Shown: positions 55,955-64,000 of the stretch, piece after piece
Position numbering within the stretch: position 1 is the stretch's first letter
Layout of the letters: the number at the start of each line of letters is the position of its first letter
Assembly (NCBI GenBank): GCA_963727895.1
Contig: CAVSHT010000013.1
Span: 64,001 to 128,000 of the forward strand
Direction: 5' to 3'
Source of the DNA: an uncultured Methanosarcinaceae archaeon
GTDB taxonomy: Archaea; Halobacteriota; Methanosarcinia; Methanosarcinales; Methanosarcinaceae
Length of the DNA: 64,000 bases
Translations under genes and position numbers: made by a program
The notes under the pieces: model-generated
Told to the model about the DNA's origin: nothing
What the model saw: only the letters and a program-made list of their open reading frames with translations
Databases searched by the model: none

Positions 55955-57106
55955 ATGAGTACTGGAATCAAAAATCTTGTCCATACACTGGACAGTGTGG
56001 ACTTTTTAAAAATGGACCGACGCACTTTCATGAAAGCTGTAGGTGCAATGGGTGCAGCTCTATTCTTGGACACTTATGGAGCTCAAATGGCAAGTGCGAT
56101 TGAGTTCGCAGAGACAAAGGTTCTTTGGATCCACGGTTCCGAATGTACCGGCTGTTCCGAATCAGTCTTAAATGCTGGCAATCCTGACATAGTACAGGCA
56201 CTACAAAAGCTTAATGTCAATCTTGCCTACCATGAGACTCTTTGTGCACAGCAGGGAATCTGGAATGATGGTAAGCTTGTAAACACCTCTGAGCTTAACT
56301 CCGAAATTCTCCAGGAAGAAATCTATAAAGAAGGAAAGTATATCCTGGTCGTTGAAGGCTCAATTCCAAATGGTCCGGATGGTTCAGGACGATACCTGGT
56401 TATTGGAAACAAACCTTTCAAACAAACCCTTGGAGAGGCTGCAAAGAATGCTACTGCTGTCATTGCAGTTGGAGCCTGTGCTTGCTGGGGAGGAATTACC
56501 AGTGCAGACAGCGATATTGCCAAAGATACGGACTATAGAGGAGTAGCATTTGCAAAAACCGATGCATCAAAAGGCATGCTTAAAGAACTTGGCATCGATA
56601 AGCCCGTAATTAACATTCCGGGTTGTCCTTCTCATCCTGATTGGGTACTTCTTACCCTGGGTGCAGTTATCCTTGGAAAGATCAAGCTAAACGATCTCTC
56701 ATCCGTTCTGGACGAGTACAACAGGCCAAAAGTTTTCTTCCCTCCAGACCATGTTGTCCATGACAACTGTCCTCGCCGCGGATACTATGACCGTGGAGAG
56801 CTTGATGAAGAGATTGGTGGGCCAGGATGTCTGTGGAAACTTGGATGTAAAGCTCCTTATGCCCATGCAGACTGTGCAATCCGCAGATGGAATGGTTCAG
56901 TAAGTATGTGTACACAGGCAGGAGGTCCCTGTATTAATTGTGTGGATCCTGAATTCCCTGACGGTTCAAGGCCTCTGTTTGTAGAAGCTGAAGATAAAGG
57001 CGTAGTTCTCGGAGCGAACATTGATACCGTGGCCAAGGTCGCAATCGGTGCATCTGTAGTTGCTGCGGGTGTACATGCCGTTAGGAGAATGGGAAAAGGA
57101 GAGTGA
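55955..57106 (+). CDS. vhtG: Methanophenazine-reducing hydrogenase small subunit
   Basis: Tat RRTFMK, ECTGCS, GACACWGG, PGCP, HDNC, CLWKLGC, C-terminal membrane anchor. Confidence 0.92.
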   Translation: MSTGIKNLVHTLDSVDFLKMDRRTFMKAVGAMGAALFLDTYGAQMASAIEFAETKVLWIHGSECTGCSESVLNAGNPDIVQALQKLNVNLAYHETLCAQQGIWNDGKLVNTSELNSEILQEEIYKEGKYILVVEGSIPNGPDGSGRYLVIGNKPFKQTLGEAAKNATAVIAVGACACWGGITSADSDIAKDTDYRGVAFAKTDASKGMLKELGIDKPVINIPGCPSHPDWVLLTLGAVILGKIKLNDLSSVLDEYNRPKVFFPPDHVVHDNCPRRGYYDRGELDEEIGGPGCLWKLGCKAPYAHADCAIRRWNGSVSMCTQAGGPCINCVDPEFPDGSRPLFVEAEDKGVVLGANIDTVAKVAIGASVVAAGVHAVRRMGKGE

Positions 57107-57113
57107 GTGAAAA

Positions 57114-58886
57114 ATGGTAAACGTTACAGTAGATCCCTTAACCAGAATTGAAGGCCACCAACGCATATCCGCTGAAGTTGATGCTGACGGTAAGATTACC
57201 GATGCACAGTCATCTTCCCTTATATTCAGGGGTTTTGAACGCATTCTGCAGAAACAGGACCCAAGAGATGCGGCTTTTCTTACGCAGAGAATTTGTGGTG
57301 TATGTCCTCTTGCTCATGGATTAACAGCCACAAATGCTCTTGACGATCTTTATGGCGTGGCTGATCAAGTTCCAAAAGACGCCCTGATGATGAGGAACAT
57401 TTTCCAGGGTCTGAACATGGTTGCAAGCCATGCAACTCACATATATGTTCTCTTTGGTCCTGACCTTGCAAACCCAGCATACAAAAATGTCCTTACAACG
57501 CTGGGAGACACCGGAAACGCAGTCTGGAAAGAGCTGGTCGGAAGGTTTGCCCCAATCAGCTACAAGATGGATGGTGTGGCTGTACCTGTGGGAAGCTCCT
57601 ATCTTGCAGCAATTCCTGAGAAGAAACGCCTTCAGGAAGCTATTGCACTCATTGCCGGTAGAATGCCCGGTCCATCAACTCTTTACCCAGGTGGATATGC
57701 CTACCCGGCTACTGTTGCAGATGTGACCAAACTTGCCTCTTATTATCTGCAGGTCATGGACTTCGTATCCAAACACACTCTGAAAGTTGATTTCGATACC
57801 TGGATCCAAAATACCTATAAGGCAACTTCTCCTCAAAAAGCAGTAAGCTTTGTTACTGAACACCTGACTGACCTCGTTAACAAATCAAAGAACAATGACT
57901 TCTCCAAAGATGCAGGTTGGGGAGATGTGGAATTCTATGCAGCGTTTGGTTCAGAACTCGTAGGAGAAAAACTTCTTGGTCTTCCAGCAAGCCTTAAACA
58001 TGATACAATCGGTGGGTACAAAGACCCCTCAAAGATCTGTTTCGTTGCATACGGTGGATATTACAAATACAAAGACGGATACGACCCAAGGAGTCCTGCA
58101 GGAGACCGCATTTTCACTTCAGGTGTGGTAACAGGAAATCTCGAATATCAGAAATTTGATCCAGATAAAGTTACGGAGAGTACTGCTCACTCCTTCTACC
58201 AGAACAGTGCTAACGACCTCGCACCAGCAAAAGGTGAAACCGTTCCATATACGGATGCAAATAAAATCGCCTTCACAGGAGGTTCAAATAGCCAGTACAG
58301 CTGGGATAAAGCTCCAAGATACAATGGAATCCCAGGTGAAGTTGGACCTCTTGCACGCATGTTAAATATAAAAGAACCACTTGTAACTGGTCTGGCTCAA
58401 ACCTTTGCTGAGAAAGGTTACTCTGCAGCTAATGTTTACACCAGAATGTTAGCTCGTATGCAGGAAATGGCAATTCTCGCATATGAACTTCTCAACTGGG
58501 TGACAGTTGACTATACACCGGGAGGCAAAATTTCCGTGCCTATAGACCTTAATGCCGCTAAAAATAATCAGGGACTGGGTCTCTGGGAAGCACCTCGTGG
58601 AGCCCTTGGTCACTGGATCTCTGCTGGCAGCGATGGAAAGGTTTCCAACTATCAGGCTATAGTTCCAGGTAGCTGGTTAATGTCTCCAAGAGACAGCAAA
58701 GGCATTCCTGGTCCACTAGAACAGTCTCTCATTGGTTCAAAAATTAACCCAGTTGGAAATGTCGATTATACCAATCCAGTTGGTATCTTCCATATGGGCA
58801 GGTCCTATGATCCTTGCATTTCATGTGCAGTCCACACCATTGACCTGACTGGAAAGAACGCTCCAAATACTCTAAGAATACTTTAA
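57114..58886 (+). CDS. vhtA: Methanophenazine-reducing [NiFe] hydrogenase large subunit
   Basis: [21 protein letters not shown] plus a cleavable C-terminal tail. Confidence 0.93.
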   Translation: MVNVTVDPLTRIEGHQRISAEVDADGKITDAQSSSLIFRGFERILQKQDPRDAAFLTQRICGVCPLAHGLTATNALDDLYGVADQVPKDALMMRNIFQGLNMVASHATHIYVLFGPDLANPAYKNVLTTLGDTGNAVWKELVGRFAPISYKMDGVAVPVGSSYLAAIPEKKRLQEAIALIAGRMPGPSTLYPGGYAYPATVADVTKLASYYLQVMDFVSKHTLKVDFDTWIQNTYKATSPQKAVSFVTEHLTDLVNKSKNNDFSKDAGWGDVEFYAAFGSELVGEKLLGLPASLKHDTIGGYKDPSKICFVAYGGYYKYKDGYDPRSPAGDRIFTSGVVTGNLEYQKFDPDKVTESTAHSFYQNSANDLAPAKGETVPYTDANKIAFTGGSNSQYSWDKAPRYNGIPGEVGPLARMLNIKEPLVTGLAQTFAEKGYSAANVYTRMLARMQEMAILAYELLNWVTVDYTPGGKISVPIDLNAAKNNQGLGLWEAPRGALGHWISAGSDGKVSNYQAIVPGSWLMSPRDSKGIPGPLEQSLIGSKINPVGNVDYTNPVGIFHMGRSYDPCISCAVHTIDLTGKNAPNTLRIL

Positions 58887-58912
58887 GTATAATACAAGGG
58901 AGATGACCCATA

Positions 58913-59671
58913 ATGAAATCAAATAACAACCAGTCAATGGTTGTTGAGCGCTATACCGTTCCTGACAGGATAGCTCATACTGTACATGTCATAACGATGC
59001 TGGTGCTCATCATCACCGGGTTAAAAATCTATATGGGATGGAGCTTTATGAGTTTCCATACTGCTCGTGGTCTTCACATGATAATGGTCCCGTTCCTGCT
59101 TGCAGTGAACTGGATCCTTATCCCTTACAACATCTTCTCTGAAGGCCATGGGTTAATGGGAAAAATATCCCACTTCATAGATACTTATATTTTTTTGCCT
59201 AAAGATGCAGTGCGTCTGGCTAAGGGAATTTTCAGCAAGGGTAGCAAGTATCCAGCGTTTAGTATCTATGATGAAGAAACAGGCCACTACAAAAACAAAC
59301 TTCACCCTTTAATGAAGGTCTTAATCCCAATTGAAGGTCTGGCCCTCTTCTTAATTGCGCTTTCGGGTATTGTTCTGTACAAGCTTGACTGGTCGCTCTT
59401 TGGCCTTCCAATAGCTTCATGGATCCTGTCTGTAGGAAATATTATTGCACCGATATTCAATATGAATTCCTTGGAGTTCCTCAGGACTGTTCACCTGTTA
59501 ATGACTTACTGGTTTATCTTTGAATTGGTAGTGCATGTTGGTATTCTGGAATTTGATCCTCATGTTTGGAAGTATTACAAAGCTATCTTCCTGACAGGAA
59601 AAGAAGATTTCTCAGATACTCATTACTCCGAGAGTATGACAAAGTATTTCCCTACAGAGGAAAGGCCCTGA
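58913..59671 (+). CDS. vhtC: Hydrogenase cytochrome b subunit
   Basis: Transmembrane helices with conserved His (RIAHTVH, GLHM, TVHLL, VVHV). Confidence 0.9.
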   Translation: MKSNNNQSMVVERYTVPDRIAHTVHVITMLVLIITGLKIYMGWSFMSFHTARGLHMIMVPFLLAVNWILIPYNIFSEGHGLMGKISHFIDTYIFLPKDAVRLAKGIFSKGSKYPAFSIYDEETGHYKNKLHPLMKVLIPIEGLALFLIALSGIVLYKLDWSLFGLPIASWILSVGNIIAPIFNMNSLEFLRTVHLLMTYWFIFELVVHVGILEFDPHVWKYYKAIFLTGKEDFSDTHYSESMTKYFPTEERP

Positions 59672-59765
59672 AAATCTCTAAAGAAAATATTAAATTTAAG
59701 GTAGTATAGGCATGTTGAAAAGCCTGTACACACCTTTTAACTTCTTTTTTTGTTTGAGTGAAAAT

Positions 59766-60251
59766 ATGTCTATACTAAATACTCCTGTTCGCATTCTTGG
59801 CTTTGGAAGTCCATTAATGGGAAATGATGGTGTTGGGCTTAAAGTCATTGAAGCTCTTCAAAAAACCGAACTGAAAGACCTCAAAGATCTTGATATTGTA
59901 GACGCAGGGGTATGTGGACTTGACCTTTTGAATCTTCTCGATGGCGCCAGGAAGGTCATTATAGTTGACGCAATTTTAGCTAACAGCTCTCTCGGTTCAG
60001 TCCATCGTATAGAAGGAAAAGATCTACTGGCTGGCACTGAATTTCACCCTCTGATTTCGGTACATGACCTTACAGTTACAGATGTATTGAAAATAGGGGA
60101 ACATGTACAGTCGCTTCCGGAAATTGTGGTCATTGGGATTGAGATAGGATCAATTGTCACGGAAGCTACGCAAGAAATCAGTCCAGATGTCCTTAAAGGT
60201 ATGAATAAAGCCATAAAGCTCATAAGGGAAGAGATTTCTCAATCATTATAA
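59766..60251 (+). CDS. vhtD: Hydrogenase maturation protease
   Basis: GFGSPLMGNDGVG, DAG, IVDA, SVHD. Confidence 0.9.
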   Translation: MSILNTPVRILGFGSPLMGNDGVGLKVIEALQKTELKDLKDLDIVDAGVCGLDLLNLLDGARKVIIVDAILANSSLGSVHRIEGKDLLAGTEFHPLISVHDLTVTDVLKIGEHVQSLPEIVVIGIEIGSIVTEATQEISPDVLKGMNKAIKLIREEISQSL

Positions 60252-60398
60252 TTATTTTTATTAAATATACTTTAATTTTATTAAATGTACTTTGGTTTCG
60301 GTCTATTTTTTCGTTTTTCCAATTAATCGATATCATGAATTCGAGCGAAAAAATAAAGAAAGATAATGCTGTTACTAAGGCTTTTTTTCTTTTAATGA

Positions 60399-61494
60399 TT
60401 ATTCGGATTTTCCCGGCACCCAGTTGCTATAGAGTTTTCCACTCAATTAAAGAGTTTTCACTGTCGGTTTCGATGTAAAATCTCCATATAAAGGGTTCTT
60501 CTATTGCTGAGAATTCAAAATCTACAAGTGTATCAGGTAAAAGTACAGATTCTTTTGCTTCTCCTGTATTTGTTTTTATTGTAATGCTTGACTCCTTGAC
60601 ATTAAGGTTACGTACTTCAAGACGCACGGATGTTCCAGCCTCAGCTTCAAAAGAAGAATCACTCCCACTCCAGTTCCTGCAGCATGGAATTTGCGTCCCT
60701 GACTATCAACAGTATGAGGTAGTCGAGTTATAGGTGGAGTTATGGGTTTGGTCACGTGAACCGGAGTTTGTTCAAGCGGAACAGCCTGTGTCGCCAGAAT
60801 TGGAGGTCTTGCCACCGGTACTTCAGGTATTTTGATTGTAGGTGCTTCTACCCTTACCCTTGGAGCCTTAGGTGCCTTTAACGACTGGATTTCAGGTGCC
60901 CTTACAAGGTCCTCTACTGGAGATGCCCTTACAAGGTCCTACTGGAGATGCCCTTACAAGGTCCTACTGGAGATGCCCTTACAAGGTCCTACTGGAGATG
61001 CCCTTACAAGGTCCTACTGGAGATGCCCTTACAAGGTCCTACTGGAGATGCCCTTACAAGGTTCTACTGGAGATGCCCTTACAAGGTCCTACTGGAGATG
61101 CCCTTGGTGTCTGAACCGGAGATTCCGAAGATAATGGAGTTGGAACCTCTGAAATATATGGTTCAGTTGTTGGTAAAGCCGAAGGTTCGGGTACTCCAGT
61201 GATAAATTCCTCATCCAAACTTTCTATAGTCTCTGACCTTATTACTCCATCAACCTTTAGTCCTCGCGACTCTTGGTAACTTCTAAAAGCCAGCTCGGTT
61301 TCATCACCAAAGATGCCATTAGCACCAACCCCGGGTACAGGAAAATCAAGAAATATCAGTGCCTGCTGAATTTTCCTCATTGCAGAGCCATGATCTCCTT
61401 TTTGGAGAACTCTTTCATTGTCATAACATGCCTCCAGAACTTCATCGCTTGCAAATCTCGACGACCTTAAGTCGTGACCATCCCCAATAGTCAT
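60399..61494 (-). pseudogene. Peptidoglycan-binding-domain protein with Pro-rich linker, disrupted
   Basis: LQKGDHG..IQQAL..GIFG.ET..YQ..GLKVDG.I; interrupted by a 25-bp array plus frameshifts near 60672 and 60435. Confidence 0.75.
60931..61105. repeat. 25-bp tandem repeat x7
   Basis: ACAAGGTCCTACTGGAGATGCCCTT x7 (one C>T variant), derived from an adjacent 27-bp unit. Confidence 0.95.
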
Positions 61495-61765
61495 ATTTTA
61501 TCCCCCATATGTGCTGCATAGTTCTTCCCTTAGATAAAACACTATAATGTTACTAACCTTAAAATTTCAATAAATAAAATAGTAATATTAAAATATATAA
61601 GTTTTTAGAAAATAATGTTTATTAAATGTAATCATAAAGATGTGATAGCCTTTAATATATTGGAGTCTATTTTTTTATAAATAATTAGATAAATATTATA
61701 TGTAACATGGGGGGAGTGGAACGGATAATGAAAACTTACTTGAAAAGTTTCAAAATCTCGATTTT

Positions 61766-62953
61766 ATGAAAATGGATAGACGGACTTTTATAAAAGCTGT
61801 TGGGATGTTAGGAGCCTCGTTTTTTTTACAAACATATAAAAGTGATATAGCAAAAGCCCTTCAACTTTCAGAAACTAAAGTGTTATGGCTTCATGGGGTA
61901 ATGGATAGTGGCTGTACTATATCAATGCTGGATGGAGGATCTCCTGATATCATAGAATTCCTTCAGGAGTATAACCTCAAACTTCTCTATCACGAAGTCT
62001 TGATGATGCAGCAGGGAATTTTCGTAGACGGGAAACTTGCAAATACCAGTGACCTTAATTCTGAAATTCTGCTGGATGAGATATTGGAAAAAGATCAGAG
62101 TTATGTACTGGTCTCTGAAGGAGCAGTTTCAAATGGACCTCAAGGTTCCGGTAAATATCTTATGCTTGGGGGAAAACCCTACAAGGATATTTATGCAAAA
62201 GCTGCAAAAAATGCCTCAGTAATTATTGCAATTGGAAATTGTGCGACTAATGGTGGAGTGAACGCTGCTAAGAGCGAGATAGCTGAACTCCTGGATCCAC
62301 GTGGAATTGCTTTTACTATGGAAGATTATTCAAAGGGAATTTTAGGTATCCTTGACATCAAAAAACCTGTAATTAATCTTAGTGGTTGCCCCACTCATCC
62401 AGACTGGGTTTTTTTGACAATAGGTGCAGTTGTTCTGGGAAAGATAAAGGTACCAGATGATTTGTCTTCTGTGCTGGATCACTGGAAACGGCCAAAAGTT
62501 TTCTTCCCGCCTGACCACGTTATTCATGATAACTGTTCCCGTCGCGGATACTATGACCGTGGAGAATTTGAGCTGACAGTGGGCGGACCCAAATGCCTCT
62601 GGAAATTGGGATGTAAGGGGCCTTATACCCATGCAGACTGTGCTACTCGCCACTGGAACGGTCATCTTAATTTCTGTCCTCAGGCGGGTTCTCCATGTAT
62701 TGGCTGCGTTCAACCAGGCTTCCCAGATAGCACCAGACCTTTTTTTGTGGAAATTGAAAAAACAGGAATTGTGGGCACGAATATCACTACTGTAGCTGGA
62801 GTGGCAATAGGAGGTGCATTACTTGCCGCAGGTGCTCACGCTGTAAGAAGAACTGTCATGAAAAGACCTGAGGACGAGGGGGAGATTGCAAAAGAAAGCA
62901 TTCCAGAAGAAACGGGAGAGGAAACAGGAGAAGAAACAGGAGGTGAACAATAA
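61766..62953 (+). CDS. vhxG: Second Vht-like hydrogenase small subunit
   Basis: Paralog of vhtG; Tat RRTFIK; proximal motif DSGC; acidic tail. Confidence 0.85.
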   Translation: MKMDRRTFIKAVGMLGASFFLQTYKSDIAKALQLSETKVLWLHGVMDSGCTISMLDGGSPDIIEFLQEYNLKLLYHEVLMMQQGIFVDGKLANTSDLNSEILLDEILEKDQSYVLVSEGAVSNGPQGSGKYLMLGGKPYKDIYAKAAKNASVIIAIGNCATNGGVNAAKSEIAELLDPRGIAFTMEDYSKGILGILDIKKPVINLSGCPTHPDWVFLTIGAVVLGKIKVPDDLSSVLDHWKRPKVFFPPDHVIHDNCSRRGYYDRGEFELTVGGPKCLWKLGCKGPYTHADCATRHWNGHLNFCPQAGSPCIGCVQPGFPDSTRPFFVEIEKTGIVGTNITTVAGVAIGGALLAAGAHAVRRTVMKRPEDEGEIAKESIPEETGEETGEETGGEQ

Positions 62954-64000
62954 TGGTACAGGTCACTGTTGATCCTGTTTCGAGAATAGAAGGACACTAC
63001 AGGATCAATACTGAAGTAGATGGGGAAGGCGTAATTACTGACGCTCAGAGTAATGGCTTGCAATTAAGAGGTTTTGAACGTTTTCTACAGCATCAGGATC
63101 CCAGGGATGCAGCACTTCTGTCCCAAAGAATCTGTGGGGTTTGTCCGGTTAGTCACGGAATAGCTGCAGCAAATGCTCTTGATGAACTTTTTGGGGTTGC
63201 AGGTGAAGTCCCAAAAGACGGTCTTTTAATGCGAAATGTTCAGCAAGCTTTGAATTTTATAGCCAGCCATGCAGCACATATCTACGTTCTCTGGGGTCCT
63301 GATCTTGCAAACCCGGCTTACCGTGACATCCTGGCAAAATATGGAGATGTTGGAAATGCAGTATGGAAAGAGCTTCAAGGGCGTTTTGCACCTTTGATTT
63401 ATCAGATTGATGGTACCAGTTATCCGGCTGGCTCGTCCTATATAGGTGCTATAGAAGAGTTTCGTCGCCTGCATGAAGCTATTTCTTTGATAGCTAGCAA
63501 AATGCCCCATCCGGTTCTTCAGCATGTTGGAGGAGTAGTTTATTCTCCAACAGTTGCTGATATTGGGCAAATTTATAGTTACGTCTCGAAAACGATGGAA
63601 TTTATTGAAGCATTTACCCTTGGAGTATCTCCAGATACGTGGATTGAAAATACATACAGGGCTTCTTCCCCAGAAAAGGCTGTTAATTTTGTAATCGAAC
63701 ACCTGAAAGAACTTCTGAACAAATCCCTTACAAACAAGGACTTTTCGCACTCTGCAGGCTGGGGAGACGTTCCGCTATTTGCAGCTTTTGGCTCGGAGTT
63801 AATAGGAGAGAAACTTCTAGGTCTGCCTATCAGTATGAAAATGGATCTTGCAGGGACTTACAAAGATCCTGATAAAATCGGTTTTCTTTCTAATGGAGTT
63901 TTCTTTAAACCGGAAAAAGGAGATGGATACGATCCAACAAGTCCTGCAGACAGTAGGGTTATCCCTTCTGGCTATATGAATGGACATTTCAAGCTTGAAA
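62953..64000 (+). CDS. vhxA: Second Vht-like hydrogenase large subunit, runs off the window
   Basis: [15 protein letters not shown]...QRICGVC; translationally coupled (TAATG). Confidence 0.88.
   Translation, partial: MVQVTVDPVSRIEGHYRINTEVDGEGVITDAQSNGLQLRGFERFLQHQDPRDAALLSQRICGVCPVSHGIAAANALDELFGVAGEVPKDGLLMRNVQQALNFIASHAAHIYVLWGPDLANPAYRDILAKYGDVGNAVWKELQGRFAPLIYQIDGTSYPAGSSYIGAIEEFRRLHEAISLIASKMPHPVLQHVGGVVYSPTVADIGQIYSYVSKTMEFIEAFTLGVSPDTWIENTYRASSPEKAVNFVIEHLKELLNKSLTNKDFSHSAGWGDVPLFAAFGSELIGEKLLGLPISMKMDLAGTYKDPDKIGFLSNGVFFKPEKGDGYDPTSPADSRVIPSGYMNGHFKLE

Noticed and set aside
60931..61105. 25-bp array as a CRISPR array or phase-variation switch
   Set aside because: There are no spacers. 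The unit carries stops in two minus-strand frames, so no non-zero copy number restores the ORF, and other frameshifts exist downstream.

Overview
Segment of a Methanosarcina-like (methanogenic archaeal) chromosome, assigned from gene content. Core blocks: amt-glnK with a perfect NrpR-type operator; the complete coenzyme F430 cluster cfbAEDCB; endA-DUF2209-hflX; udg, pgk, AMMECR1, usp, sod; iorAB, cooC-like, pyrF, deoxyhypusine synthase, thioredoxin; HARP (RNA-free RNase P), SAM synthetase, DGGGP synthase; and hypCDABE divergent from the vhtGACD and vhxGA hydrogenase operons. The 16-37 kb region is a decaying accessory zone. It holds three near-full IS1 copies, two IS1 stubs, a dead IS630, a SIR2-like gene split by IS1, a solo tnpB with two nonsense codons and its omegaRNA-like right end, and several frameshifted phosphoesterase genes. 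Non-coding structure includes two ~130-bp MITE families (one copy inserted into a tandem array with a 3-bp duplication), several tandem arrays, a structured element overlapping a small ORF at 14.7-14.9 kb, and a three-hairpin AGGC-loop leader upstream of a double zinc-finger gene. There is also a basic protein with 8 YxPGxW repeats. No CRISPR array, rRNA or tRNA was found. All product calls come from motif recognition by eye; no database searches were run.
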